Positions 48,878 through 60,143 of a stretch of DNA of 64,000 bases are shown here, in pieces (position 1 is the stretch's first letter; each line of letters opens with the position of its first letter). The DNA is from Neptunomonas sp. (lineage in GTDB: Bacteria > Pseudomonadota > Gammaproteobacteria > Pseudomonadales > Balneatricaceae): contig NZ_JADGEV010000013.1 in NCBI RefSeq assembly GCF_016744175.1, positions 25,077 through 89,076 on the forward strand, read 5' to 3'. Made by a program: the position numbers and the translations under genes. The notes under the pieces are model-generated. The model made no database searches and was not told the DNA's origin. It worked only from the letters and a program-made list of their open reading frames with translations.

Positions 48878-50176
48878 TTGTTTTTTGAGCGTCCTGAGTC
48901 AGGCGAAAAAGCCATACTCGTTCATATGGATATGTCTGCTAAGGCTATCCAAGAATCCCCGCGCGAGCTCGAAGAGCTCGCACTGTCTGCCGGAGCTGAT
49001 CCTGTTGAAATACTGACAGGTAGCCGTCAAAGGCCTACTGCAAAGTTCTTTATAGGTACTGGAAAACTTGAAGAACTAAAACAGCTTACCCAGCTGCATG
49101 AAGCTGAATTGGTTATTTTTAATCATGCTTTGTCTCCCGCTCAGGAAAGAAATATTGAGCGTGTAATTCAGTGCCGAGTATTAGACCGTACTGGACTTAT
49201 ATTGGACATTTTTGCACAACGTGCCAGAACCCATGAGGGTAAGTTGCAAGTAGAGCTTGCTCAATTGGAGCATATGTCTACTCGTTTGGTGCGAGGCTGG
49301 ACTCACCTTGAGAGACAAAAAGGTGGTATAGGTCTGCGTGGTCCTGGTGAGAGTCAGCTTGAGACAGATAGGCGATTATTAAGAGCGCGTATTCAAACTA
49401 TTCTTGCTCGCCTGGAAAAAGTTCAAAAACAGCGAGAGCAAGGGCGTCGTTCAAGGCAGCGCGCTGAGGTGCCGACTATTTCGTTAGTGGGCTACACCAA
49501 TGCAGGTAAATCATCGTTATTTAATAAAATGACGGATGCAGAAGTGTATGTTGCTAATCAGTTGTTTGCCACGCTTGATCCGACACTGCGTAAAATTGAA
49601 TTGGATGATGTTGGTCCAGCAATTCTTGCTGACACGGTTGGGTTTATTCGCCATCTGCCGCACAAATTGGTTGAATCTTTTCGTGCCACGCTTCAAGAAA
49701 CAACAGATGCGACATTGTTGTTGCATGTTATTGATGCATGTGACGATGAGCGGCAAGGGCATATGGACGAAGTTGAGCGTGTCTTAAAAGAGATTGGGGC
49801 TGATGATGTTCCATTGCTTCAGGTTTACAATAAAATCGATTTGATGCCGGGTCAGAAAGCACGAATTGATCGAAATAGTGATGGCGAGCCTGTGCGCGTT
49901 TGGTTATCGGCAGTGTCCGGTGATGGTATTGAATTATTGTTAAGTGCGATTAATGAACGGCTGTCTGATGATGTATTTCACGATACAATTAGCTTAAAGC
50001 CAAAAGATGGGCAGTTACGAGCAAATCTTTATGCTCAGAGTGCTGTCTTGAATGAAGTTATTGATGAGCACGGGGATATGCAGCTGGAGATTCGTTTGCA
50101 GCGCAAAGACTTATTGCAAATGCTAAGTCGCCTCGGTATGGCAACTGAACAATATCGTGTAGAAGAGGTCTATTAA
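48878..50176 (+). CDS. hflX: GTPase HflX
   Basis: HflX N-domain plus G-domain (GYTNAGKSSLFN, DTVGF, NKID). TTG start. Confidence 0.93.
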   Translation: MFFERPESGEKAILVHMDMSAKAIQESPRELEELALSAGADPVEILTGSRQRPTAKFFIGTGKLEELKQLTQLHEAELVIFNHALSPAQERNIERVIQCRVLDRTGLILDIFAQRARTHEGKLQVELAQLEHMSTRLVRGWTHLERQKGGIGLRGPGESQLETDRRLLRARIQTILARLEKVQKQREQGRRSRQRAEVPTISLVGYTNAGKSSLFNKMTDAEVYVANQLFATLDPTLRKIELDDVGPAILADTVGFIRHLPHKLVESFRATLQETTDATLLLHVIDACDDERQGHMDEVERVLKEIGADDVPLLQVYNKIDLMPGQKARIDRNSDGEPVRVWLSAVSGDGIELLLSAINERLSDDVFHDTISLKPKDGQLRANLYAQSAVLNEVIDEHGDMQLEIRLQRKDLLQMLSRLGMATEQYRVEEVY

Positions 50177-50226
50177 CATCATCTTCACGGGTTTTATTAA
50201 ATTTTAGATTTTTAATGGAGAACTAT

Positions 50227-51432
50227 ATGGCTTGGAACGAGCCTGGCGGCAATGGTAATGGCCAGGATCCTTGGGGTGGCGGTGATAAGCGCGACGACAA
50301 GGGCAATCGTGGTAATGATCAAGGCCCACCAGATTTGGATGAGGCGCTACGTAAATTGCAAGATCGACTGAATGATCTTTTTGGTGGGTCTGGCAAAAAA
50401 CGCGGTGGTGGTGGCGGTGATAGTTCTCCTGCTGGCAGTAATAACGCTTTTATCTTTGTTGTGCTTGGTGTCGCAGCACTTGCATGGGTCGGTATGGGTT
50501 TTTATACCGTCGATCAGCAAGAGCGTGGTGTAGTGCTTACTTTGGGTAAATACAGTGACACGGTTACTCCTGGTTTGGCATGGAATCCACCGCTTATTGA
50601 TGAAGTAAGTATCGTCAATACCACGAGGGTGCGCAGCCATGATCATCAGGCGTTGATGTTGACGGAAGATGAAAACATCGTAGATGTTGCTATGACAGCC
50701 CAGTATGTAGTTGCTGATCCTAAGGCGTATGAGTTAAGCGTGCGTGATCCTGATGGCAGCCTTTCAAATGCTGCTGAGTCTGCTTTGCGTCACGTGGTTG
50801 GGTCATCTGAAATGCATTCAATTTTAACTGAAGGCCGTGAAACACTGGCTATTCAAGTTAAAGAGCGTTTGCAGCGTTATATGTCTGATTACAACACGGG
50901 TATTTCAATTACTCAGGTGAATATCAAAAATGCACAGGCGCCTAGTCAGGTTCAGGATGCATTTGATGATGTAATCAAGGCGCGTGAAGATGAGCAGCGT
51001 GTTAAAAACGAAGCGCAATCTTATGCTAACGGTGTTGTTCCTGAAGCGCGCGGTAAAGCGCAGCGTATGCTAGAAGAAGCAAGTGCTTATCGTGAGCAGG
51101 TGGTTTCTAAGGCAGAAGGTGAGTCGAAGCGTTTTACCGCGCTGTTAACCGAGTATGAAAAAGCGCCAGAAGTTACGCGCGAACGTCTCTATCTTGATAC
51201 GATGCAAGAAGTACTGGCTAAAAACGCTAAGGTGTTGATTGATGTTGAGGGCGGCAATAATATGATGTACTTGCCTGTTGATAAGCTTATTCAAAACAAT
51301 AGCAATCGCCAGTCTGCTACTACATCAGGTAGTGTGCGTTTAGATGATCAGTCTTTAAGAAATGTGACCAATCAGGTAGTGGACCAAATCAGAAAAGGTC
51401 AGGCCACAACGCGTAGGGAGGGTAGACAATGA
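50227..51432 (+). CDS. hflK: FtsH modulator HflK
   Basis: Begins MAWNEPGG, as E. coli HflK does, followed by a Gly-rich N-terminus, a TM helix and an SPFH domain. GGAG 6 nt upstream of 50227. Confidence 0.95.
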   Translation: MAWNEPGGNGNGQDPWGGGDKRDDKGNRGNDQGPPDLDEALRKLQDRLNDLFGGSGKKRGGGGGDSSPAGSNNAFIFVVLGVAALAWVGMGFYTVDQQERGVVLTLGKYSDTVTPGLAWNPPLIDEVSIVNTTRVRSHDHQALMLTEDENIVDVAMTAQYVVADPKAYELSVRDPDGSLSNAAESALRHVVGSSEMHSILTEGRETLAIQVKERLQRYMSDYNTGISITQVNIKNAQAPSQVQDAFDDVIKAREDEQRVKNEAQSYANGVVPEARGKAQRMLEEASAYREQVVSKAEGESKRFTALLTEYEKAPEVTRERLYLDTMQEVLAKNAKVLIDVEGGNNMMYLPVDKLIQNNSNRQSATTSGSVRLDDQSLRNVTNQVVDQIRKGQATTRREGRQ

Positions 51433-52307
51433 GTAGTAAAGCGCTAATTTCAACTATCCTAGCGGGTATTATTATACTGGTTGCTTCAAAATCGGTTTAT
51501 ATTATTAAGGAAACCGAGCGTGCCGTGAAGTTGCAGTTCGGTGAAATTGTTGAGCCTGATATTAAGCCAGGACTTAGCTTCAAGATTCCATTTGTTAACA
51601 CAATTCGTAAGTTCGATGGGCGTGTTCTAACATTGGATAGCCGTCCGCAGGCGTTCTTGACTATCGAGAAAAAACGTCTGATTGTAGATGCCTTTCTGAA
51701 ATGGAAAATCAACAGTGTTGAAACATACTATACGGCAACGTCTGGTGATGAATTTAGGGCTGCTGATCTACTTTCTGCTCGTGTTGAGAACGAGCTTCGT
51801 AATCAGTTTGGTGCGCGTACCCTTAACGAAGTGGTTTCGGGAGAGCGTGACGAAGTAATGGCAGAAGTTATTCGACGCTTGAATGAAGTGGCTTCTAAAG
51901 AGTTGGGTGTTAGCATCATAGATGTGCGTGTGAAGCGTGTTGAGCTGCCACCAGAAGTTTCAAACTCTGTTTATGAGCGAATGCGTACAGAGCGTGAGCG
52001 TGAAGCGCGCGAATTGCGTTCGCGTGGTTTCGAGTTAGCTGAAGGTATTCGAGCTGATGCAGATCGTCAGAAGACAGTGTTAGTGGCTGAAGCTTATCGA
52101 GAATCAGAGGGGTTGCGAGGTGAAGGAGATGCTCTAGCTGCTTCTATTTACGCAAATGCGTACAGTAAAGATTCAGAGTTCTACTCCTTTACGCGTAGTT
52201 TGAAAGCATATGAGGGAGCCTTCTCTGGTAACGGTGATATAATGTTGCTTAAGCCTGATAGTGAGTTCTTCCGATACTTGTCTAATTCAACTGGTGCTAA
52301 AAAATAG
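51429..52307 (+). CDS. hflC: FtsH modulator HflC
   Basis: SPFH/band-7 domain. ATGA overlap with hflK. Confidence 0.95.
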   Translation: MSSKALISTILAGIIILVASKSVYIIKETERAVKLQFGEIVEPDIKPGLSFKIPFVNTIRKFDGRVLTLDSRPQAFLTIEKKRLIVDAFLKWKINSVETYYTATSGDEFRAADLLSARVENELRNQFGARTLNEVVSGERDEVMAEVIRRLNEVASKELGVSIIDVRVKRVELPPEVSNSVYERMRTEREREARELRSRGFELAEGIRADADRQKTVLVAEAYRESEGLRGEGDALAASIYANAYSKDSEFYSFTRSLKAYEGAFSGNGDIMLLKPDSEFFRYLSNSTGAKK

Positions 52308-52372
52308 TATAAAGTCGTAATAGAAAGTAGGAATCGGCTGCACTTTGTTAGTGATTCCATGTTAAAATCGTC

Positions 52373-52399
52373 AAAACCGGGCCTAGTCCCGGTTTTTTT
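52373..52399 (+). terminator. Rho-independent terminator after hflC
   Basis: aaaaccggg-cctagt-cccggttttttt. Confidence 0.85.
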
Positions 52400-52422
52400 A
52401 TGCAAAGTGCGGCTGGTAGTGA

Positions 52423-52620
52423 ATGTCATCAGAGTTTTGGTATGAAATAGCAATAGCTTTTTGTCTGGTGATGATTCTGGAAGGTATTGTGCCTTTTTTG
52501 TATCCGCATCGTTGGCGGGGAATGGTTGAGCAGCTGGCTAATATAGATAACAGCAGACTGCGAATTATTGGTTTACTTAGTATGCTTGCTGGCGTGCTTG
52601 GTCTTTATCTGATTCATTGA
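52423..52620 (+). CDS. yjeT: DUF2065 small membrane protein (YjeT-like)
   Basis: 65 aa with 2 TM helices, in the conserved position after hflC. Confidence 0.7.
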   Translation: MSSEFWYEIAIAFCLVMILEGIVPFLYPHRWRGMVEQLANIDNSRLRIIGLLSMLAGVLGLYLIH

Positions 52621-52640
52621 TAATAGGTTTGGAGTTTGAC

Positions 52641-53822
52641 ATGGCATTGGCTGATCGCTGGTTGCTTCCTGATGGCGTTAAAGAAATGCTGCCGCCAAAT
52701 GCGCGTCAGGTTGAAGTTTTGCGTCGCAAGTTGCTTGATCTTTATGATAACTGGGGCTACGACTTAGTAATGCCGCCTTTAATGGAGCATTTTGATTCAT
52801 TGCTTGCGGGCGCTGGTAAAGATCTTGAGTTAAATACTTTTAAGCTGGTTGATCAATTGACCGGCCAGACATTGGGTATTCGAGCGGATATTACGCCTCA
52901 GGTTGCCAGGATTGATGCACATCGAATGCATGTGCAAGGCGCTAATCGACTTTGTTATTGTGGTTCTGTATTGCATACACATTCTGCCAATATGTTAGCG
53001 TCGCGTAATCCTTTGCAGGTCGGGGCTGAGTTATACGGACATGCAGGGATTGAAAGTGATATAGAAGTGATTTCTTTAATGCTTGAGACGCTATATGCTT
53101 CGGGATTGCAGGATGAGTTAACGCTGGATCTTGGGCATGTAGGTATTTTTCAAGGGTTGGTTGTTGAAGCTGGTCTAGATAGTTTAGTTGTTGCTCGGTA
53201 TATGGAGTTACTACAACGTAAGGCGTTACCAGAGCTATCGGAATTTTTAGAGTCACTTGATATTGATGCAAGCTATATAGCTATGTTGGCAGAGTTGCCT
53301 AAGTTGAATGGCGGCTTAGAAGTGTTAGCAAAATCCAAAGATTTATTTGCAGATATTCATACTTCAATTTTAGAGGCGGTTGCATATTTAGAGCGTCTTT
53401 CTAGTATTATTCAGCAGCGTTATCCAGCAGTAGATTTGTATTTCGATCTAGGTGAGTTGCGTGGATATAATTATCATACTGGTGTTGTGTTTTCTGCATT
53501 AACACCTGTTTTTGGTCAAGCGATAGCCAAAGGTGGTCGCTATGATGCAATTGGTAAGGATTTTGGTCGAGCACGTCCGGCTACGGGTTTTAGTGCAGAC
53601 TTGAAAACACTGGCAGATCTTGCTGTGGGTGTGGATGAAAATATTGTAAGAGGTGTTCTAGCGCCAGAGGGTGGTGACGCTCGTTTGATGCAAAAAATTT
53701 CCGAATTACGATCTCAGGGAATTAGAGTTGTGCAGCAGTTGCCTGAAGATACGGCGGTTGATGCAGTTTTTAGCCAGAAATTGGTTAAGCAGGGTGAAGA
53801 ATGGGCTTTAGCGGCTCTGTAA
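52641..53822 (+). CDS. hisZ: ATP phosphoribosyltransferase regulatory subunit
   Basis: Starts MALADRWLLPDGV.E.LPP, as Pseudomonas HisZ does. HisRS-like core without the anticodon domain. GGAG 6 nt upstream. Confidence 0.9.
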   Translation: MALADRWLLPDGVKEMLPPNARQVEVLRRKLLDLYDNWGYDLVMPPLMEHFDSLLAGAGKDLELNTFKLVDQLTGQTLGIRADITPQVARIDAHRMHVQGANRLCYCGSVLHTHSANMLASRNPLQVGAELYGHAGIESDIEVISLMLETLYASGLQDELTLDLGHVGIFQGLVVEAGLDSLVVARYMELLQRKALPELSEFLESLDIDASYIAMLAELPKLNGGLEVLAKSKDLFADIHTSILEAVAYLERLSSIIQQRYPAVDLYFDLGELRGYNYHTGVVFSALTPVFGQAIAKGGRYDAIGKDFGRARPATGFSADLKTLADLAVGVDENIVRGVLAPEGGDARLMQKISELRSQGIRVVQQLPEDTAVDAVFSQKLVKQGEEWALAAL

Positions 53823-53841
53823 TCACATACGATTAACGTAA

Positions 53842-55155
<1,314 letters not shown>

Positions 55156-55169
55156 AAGGAAGTAAGCAT

Positions 55170-55198
55170 AAAAAAACCGGCTCTCGCCGGTTTTTTTA
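55170..55198. terminator. bidirectional Rho-independent terminator between purA and suhB
   Basis: aaaaaaaccggc-tctc-gccggttttttt, flanked by A and T tracts. Confidence 0.85.
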
Positions 55199-55213
55199 TT
55201 TCTAAAGCTAAGC

Positions 55214-56017
55214 TTATGCTTCTATTGCCGGGCGGATAGCCTTTAATAGTGCTTTGAATAGTTTAGGGTTTGCAGATACTGTATTGCCATTTTGGCGGAA
55301 GTCGTTACCGCCTTTAAAATCACCTAGCAAGCCTCCAGCTTCTTGAATGAGGAGTGCACCGGAGGTTAATGAGCTTTGGTCTAGTTTTATTTGAATAAAA
55401 CCATCTAAGCGTCCTGCTGCCATGTATGCCATGTTCAATGCAGCAGACCCGTTGTTATGAAGAATTGCGTCTGCACTTTGAAGTTGGCACATGATTTGTT
55501 TGAATGTGTCGAATTGAGCTTTTTCTGAAGCGCTATTAAGGAAGCTTGAGCCGATAATAGTCTGCTCTAATGTGCGCTTATTACTGACGCGAAGGCGCTT
55601 GCCATTTAAATGAGCTCCGTTGCCTCGGCTCGCTGTAAATTCTTCACCTGTGATTGGGTTGAGAATAATGGCGTGCTCTGTGCGGCCTTTAAGTTCTGCA
55701 GACATGCAAATAGCAAATACAGGCAATCCATTGGTGAAGTTGGAAATGCTATCAATCGGATTTACATGCCAAGTGACATCAGTATTTTCTTCTAGCGCTT
55801 TATGTACGCCGGAAAATTCACCAACTATCGCGTGGCTTGGGTAAGCTTTTTGAATAGAATAAGCGATCGTTTGCTCGGCTTTGGTAGCGGTCTCGTTTAG
55901 AAAGTCGCTGATGCTGGATTGTTCTGATTTTATCAGGTCAATTCGCTCAGCAGAGCGAGCAATCTGTTCGCCAGCGATGCGTGCAGCTCGAAGGGCAATA
56001 TTTAGCATGGGTTGCAT
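55214..56017 (-). CDS. suhB: inositol monophosphatase family protein SuhB
   Basis: MQPMLNIALRAAR.AG start, plus W..DP.D(S/G)..NF and metal-binding motifs. Confidence 0.93.
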   Translation of the reverse strand: MQPMLNIALRAARIAGEQIARSAERIDLIKSEQSSISDFLNETATKAEQTIAYSIQKAYPSHAIVGEFSGVHKALEENTDVTWHVNPIDSISNFTNGLPVFAICMSAELKGRTEHAIILNPITGEEFTASRGNGAHLNGKRLRVSNKRTLEQTIIGSSFLNSASEKAQFDTFKQIMCQLQSADAILHNNGSAALNMAYMAAGRLDGFIQIKLDQSSLTSGALLIQEAGGLLGDFKGGNDFRQNGNTVSANPKLFKALLKAIRPAIEA

Positions 56018-56133
56018 TAGTATTGGTGCTCAGTTTGGGTAGCAAAGCATGATTATACAAAAGGTAGCGCTCGGACAGAACACCTGAGAGGCATTCTGTT
56101 AAACTATTGGTCGATTTTTATGTGAAGTTGGTT

Positions 56134-56880
56134 ATGAAATTAGAAAATATTCGTATTGTTCTCGTAAATACAACGCATCCTGGAAATATAGGGGGTGTGG
56201 CTCGTGCTATGAAAAATATGGGGCTCGCTGATCTTTCCCTTGTTGTTCCGCGTGTTTTTCCTTCTGGAGATGCAGACGCGCGCGCAGCGGGTGCGTCAGA
56301 TATTCTCAAGACTGCTTCGGTGGTTGGCTCTTTGGAGGAGGCGATTGCAGATGCTCATGTGGTGGTTGGGGCGAGTGCTCGAGGTAGAAATATTCCTTGG
56401 CCAGTGATGGATCCCCATGAGTTGGCAGGCGTTGCTGCTTCGTTGAAGGAGGAGCAGAAAATGGCCATTGTTTTTGGTCGTGAGGATCGCGGTCTGACAA
56501 ATGAAGAGCTGCAGCTTTGTCACCTTCATGTACATATTCCCTCCGTAGAAGGTTTTAGTTCTTTGAATCTTGCTGCCGCAGTGCAGGTTATCGCCTATGA
56601 ATTACGTATGGTGCAGCTTAAAGAATCGCAAGGGCAATTGCAGGCCCCGAAATGGGGTACTGAATGGGATGTTGAGCTTGCAGAACATCGTGAGCTTGAG
56701 TTGATGTTTGATCATTTGGAGAAAGTGCTAGTTGATATTGATTTCCTTGATCCTGAAAGTCCTCGACATTTGATGCCGCGCTTAAGGCGCTTATTTCAAA
56801 GAGCTGTGCCAGATAAGGTTGAGGTCAATGTTCTGCGTGGCATGCTAACTCATATTCAGAAAAAAAATGATCTTAATTGA
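56134..56880 (+). CDS. trmJ: tRNA (cytidine/uridine-2'-O)-methyltransferase TrmJ
   Basis: L.NIRIVLV.T.HPGN.G..ARAMKNMGL SPOUT N-terminus. ATG at 56134 chosen rather than the TTG at 56107. Confidence 0.92.
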   Translation: MKLENIRIVLVNTTHPGNIGGVARAMKNMGLADLSLVVPRVFPSGDADARAAGASDILKTASVVGSLEEAIADAHVVVGASARGRNIPWPVMDPHELAGVAASLKEEQKMAIVFGREDRGLTNEELQLCHLHVHIPSVEGFSSLNLAAAVQVIAYELRMVQLKESQGQLQAPKWGTEWDVELAEHRELELMFDHLEKVLVDIDFLDPESPRHLMPRLRRLFQRAVPDKVEVNVLRGMLTHIQKKNDLN

Positions 56881-56967
56881 TATGGCGCTTGTCTGGGGCT
56901 TTATCGTTACGGACATTGTTCATTAAAAGTGGTAAATTATAGCGCCGGAATTGTTAATAACCTACTT

Positions 56968-56995
56968 AAATACTCGGACTAATACTTGACTAATT
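56968..56995 (+). promoter_or_regulatory. candidate IscR operator overlapping a -35-like TTGACT
   Basis: Tandem imperfect repeat tactcggactaa / tacttgactaa, with GACTAAT cores 11 bp apart. It resembles the GACT-containing half of IscR type-1 sites and lies 54-81 bp upstream of the iscR ATG. Confidence 0.35.
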
Positions 56996-57048
56996 TTGTA
57001 GGTTAAAACATACTGCTACCTAAGATTAAGAATGAAGGGCGGTTGTTT

Positions 57049-57546
57049 ATGCGACTAACAACAAAAGGGCGATATGCTGTTACCGCTATGCTCGATTTGG
57101 CGCTGCATGAAGGGCAAGGGCCCATTAGTTTGGCGGATATCTCTGAGAGGCAGGGTATTTCATTGTCTTATTTAGAGCAGCTCTTTGCAAAGCTACGTAG
57201 AAACAGCTTGGTTAAGAGTGTAAGAGGTCCGGGAGGAGGTTATCAGCTAAACCATGAAAAGCAGTCAATAAGTGTTGCGCAGGTGGTTGATGCTGTTAAT
57301 GAATCTGTCGAAGCGACTGGATGTGGGCGTCAAGGCGACTGCCAAAACGGCGAAACCTGCCTGACTCATCATTTGTGGTGTGATTTAAGTAACCAGATTC
57401 ACTCTTTCCTCAATGGTATTTCATTGGCGGATCTGGTGGTAAGAAAAGATGTAAAAGATGTGGCTGATAGGCAAGATCGTCGCCACAGTGGTCAGGTTTT
57501 TCTGACTGCTACTGACTCTTTACTGGCTGATGAAGCCTCTGTTTAA
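57049..57546 (+). CDS. iscR: Fe-S cluster assembly transcriptional regulator IscR
   Basis: [18 protein letters not shown] Rrf2 HTH. Cluster ligands C-X5-C-X5-C...H ([20 protein letters not shown]). Confidence 0.96.
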   Translation: MRLTTKGRYAVTAMLDLALHEGQGPISLADISERQGISLSYLEQLFAKLRRNSLVKSVRGPGGGYQLNHEKQSISVAQVVDAVNESVEATGCGRQGDCQNGETCLTHHLWCDLSNQIHSFLNGISLADLVVRKDVKDVADRQDRRHSGQVFLTATDSLLADEASV

Positions 57547-57565
57547 AATGCGTTGGAGCTAAAGA

Positions 57566-58780
57566 ATGAAGTTACCTATCTATTTTGATTATTCGGCAAC
57601 GACACCTGTTGATCCTCGAGTGGCAGAGAAAATGGTTGCATGCCTCACCTTGGACGGTAATTTTGGTAACCCTGCTTCTCGTTCGCATCTATTTGGGTGG
57701 AAGGCAGAGGACGCAGTAGAAACAGCGCGTAAGCAAGTTGCTGACTTATTGAGTGCTGACCCTCGTGAGATTGTGTGGACGTCTGGTGCGACTGAGTCAG
57801 ACAATTTGGCTATTAAAGGTGTTGCGCATTTCTATCATAAGAAAGGCAAGCACATAATTACATCAAGAATTGAACACAAAGCTGTGCTGGATACTTGTCG
57901 TCAGCTTGAAAGAGAAGGGTTTGAAGTTACCTATCTTGATCCTGATTCTGATGGTCTAATACATCCTGAAACAGTAGCTGGTGCCATTCGTGAAGACACG
58001 ATATTGGTGTCTTTGATGCATGTTAATAATGAAATCGGCACCATTACTGATATTGCGGCTATTGGTGAAATCACACGTGAAAAAGGGATAATATTTCATG
58101 TTGATGCTGCTCAGAGTGCGGGTAAAGTAGAAATTGACCTGACAAAACTGAAAGTTGATCTTATGTCTTTCAGTGCGCATAAAATTTACGGGCCTAAAGG
58201 TATTGGCGCACTTTATGTGCGCCGTAAACCGCGTATTCGCCTAGAAGCAATTATGCATGGCGGTGGTCATGAGCGTGGTATGCGTTCAGGTACGTTGCCA
58301 ACGCATCAGATTGTAGGGATGGGAGAGGCGTTTCGTTTAGCTAAGGATGAATTGGCTGCTGATAACTCTCATATGTTGGCGCTGCGTAACCGTTTGTGGG
58401 AAGGTTTAAAAGATATGGAGGAGGTTCATATTAATGGATCTTTTTCTCAGCGTGTTCCTGCTAACCTAAATATTAGTTTTGCCTTTGTTGAGGGTGAGTC
58501 TCTGTTGATGTCGCTAAAAGATTTAGCGGTCTCCTCAGGATCTGCTTGTACATCGGCGAGTCTTGAGCCTTCGTACGTATTGCGTGCGCTGGGTTTGAGT
58601 GATGAGTTGGCGCACAGTTCTATTCGTTTCTCATTTGGTCGTTTTACAACCAATGAAGAGATCGATCATGCAATTGGGCAGCTCAAAACCGCAGTAGGTA
58701 AGCTTCGTGAGTTATCTCCCCTGTGGGATATGTTTAAAGATGGTGTGGACTTAAGTAAAGTTGAGTGGGTTCACCACTAA
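57566..58780 (+). CDS. iscS: cysteine desulfurase IscS
   Basis: PLP site [12 protein letters not shown], active-site SSGSACTS, C-terminal EWVHH. Confidence 0.98.
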   Translation: MKLPIYFDYSATTPVDPRVAEKMVACLTLDGNFGNPASRSHLFGWKAEDAVETARKQVADLLSADPREIVWTSGATESDNLAIKGVAHFYHKKGKHIITSRIEHKAVLDTCRQLEREGFEVTYLDPDSDGLIHPETVAGAIREDTILVSLMHVNNEIGTITDIAAIGEITREKGIIFHVDAAQSAGKVEIDLTKLKVDLMSFSAHKIYGPKGIGALYVRRKPRIRLEAIMHGGGHERGMRSGTLPTHQIVGMGEAFRLAKDELAADNSHMLALRNRLWEGLKDMEEVHINGSFSQRVPANLNISFAFVEGESLLMSLKDLAVSSGSACTSASLEPSYVLRALGLSDELAHSSIRFSFGRFTTNEEIDHAIGQLKTAVGKLRELSPLWDMFKDGVDLSKVEWVHH

Positions 58781-58807
58781 GAATTGTTGCGCTAATTGGA
58801 GGTTGAT

Positions 58808-59191
58808 ATGGCTTATAGTGAAGAAGTGCTCGAACATTACGAGAATCCGCGTAACGTGGGTAAAATGGACGATAGTGATAGTCATGTGGGTACAGGTATG
58901 GTGGGTGCACCGGCTTGTGGTGATGTGATGCGTTTACAAATCAAGGTTAGTGATGAAGGTATCATTGAAGATGCCAAATTTAAGACTTATGGTTGTGGCT
59001 CTGCAATTGCTTCTAGTTCGCTTGTGACTGAGTGGGTTAAAGGGATGACGCTCGAGCAAGCTGCTGAACTTAAGAATACGCAGATTGCAGATCAGTTAGC
59101 GCTGCCTCCTGTGAAAATTCACTGTTCGGTTTTGGCGGAAGATGCCATTAAAGCGGCAGTTGAGGACTATAAGAAAAAACAGTCTGCTTAA
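58808..59191 (+). CDS. iscU: Fe-S scaffold protein IscU
   Basis: MAYSEEVLEHYENPRNVG, GAPACGDVM, LPPVKIHCS. Confidence 0.98.
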   Translation: MAYSEEVLEHYENPRNVGKMDDSDSHVGTGMVGAPACGDVMRLQIKVSDEGIIEDAKFKTYGCGSAIASSSLVTEWVKGMTLEQAAELKNTQIADQLALPPVKIHCSVLAEDAIKAAVEDYKKKQSA

Positions 59192-59244
59192 AGGCTCTGT
59201 TGAATTAACTGGTTATACATGGGTATAGCCAGTGGGAAGGTATT

Positions 59245-59571
59245 ATGGCAATTACAATGACAGCGGCGGCAATTAAACATGTTGCTGGCTACCTAGAAAA
59301 ACGTGGTGGCGGTTTTGGTATTCGTGTTGGTGTGAGAACATCAGGATGCTCCGGCATGGCTTATGTGCTTGAATTTGTTGATCAGCAGGACTCTGATGAT
59401 CAAGTTTTTACAATGGATGCTGGTGTAAATGTTGTGATTGACCCAAAAAGTTTAGCTTATCTTGATGGGACAGAGCTCGATTTTGTTAAAGAAGGGCTTA
59501 ACGAAGGGTTCGCGTTTAATAACCCTAATGTGCGCAGTGAATGTGGCTGTGGTGAGAGTTTTAACGTTTAA
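59245..59571 (+). CDS. iscA: A-type Fe-S carrier IscA
   Basis: GCSG... and the C-terminal CGCGESF motif. Confidence 0.96.
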   Translation: MAITMTAAAIKHVAGYLEKRGGGFGIRVGVRTSGCSGMAYVLEFVDQQDSDDQVFTMDAGVNVVIDPKSLAYLDGTELDFVKEGLNEGFAFNNPNVRSECGCGESFNV

Positions 59572-59591
59572 ATGTCTGCATTGTAAATAGC

Positions 59592-60125
59592 ATGGATATT
59601 CAACAAAATTATTTTGCTTTTTTGGGCTTGCCCGAGAGCTATGATATTGATCTTAAATCACTTGCGGCACGATATCATGAGCTGCAAAAAACGCTACATC
59701 CAGATCGTTTTGCTCATCTATCTGATCGTGAAAAAAGGTTGTCGGTGCAATATACGGCATACCTTAATGAGGCGGTCACTACATTAAAATCTCCTTTGGG
59801 TCGGGCTCAATACCTGTTGAATTTACATGGCATTGATACAATCAGTGAGGCTTCTGTTCAGCTGGAGCCTGCTTTTTTGTTTGAGCAGATGGCGCTTAGG
59901 GAGGATCTTGAAGATATTAAAGCTCTACCCTCGCCAGAAGAAGCTCTCGATCAGTTTTTAGATAAAGTTGTTCAGCAGTTGGCTACTTATCAGAAGTTAT
60001 TTGCTGAATATTATGCTTTAGGGGATGTAGAGTCGCTTGACAGAGCAGCGGCTGTTATTCGTAAAATGCAGTTTATGGTTAAGCTTCAGAAAGAGATCGA
60101 GCTGGTCGAAAGTGAGCTTGATTAA
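59592..60125 (+). CDS. hscB: Fe-S co-chaperone HscB
   Basis: J-domain with HPD (LQKTLHPDRF). 177 aa. Confidence 0.93.
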   Translation: MDIQQNYFAFLGLPESYDIDLKSLAARYHELQKTLHPDRFAHLSDREKRLSVQYTAYLNEAVTTLKSPLGRAQYLLNLHGIDTISEASVQLEPAFLFEQMALREDLEDIKALPSPEEALDQFLDKVVQQLATYQKLFAEYYALGDVESLDRAAAVIRKMQFMVKLQKEIELVESELD

Positions 60126-60143
60126 CAGGTGAATAAATAAATT

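Noticed and set aside
52340-52410. An 8-bp inverted repeat (gcactttg / caaagtgc) encloses the hflC terminator and could indicate a structured sRNA.
   Set aside because: The stem is short with a 55-nt interior and is compatible with chance. No promoter-like element is evident. The internal terminator already explains the region.
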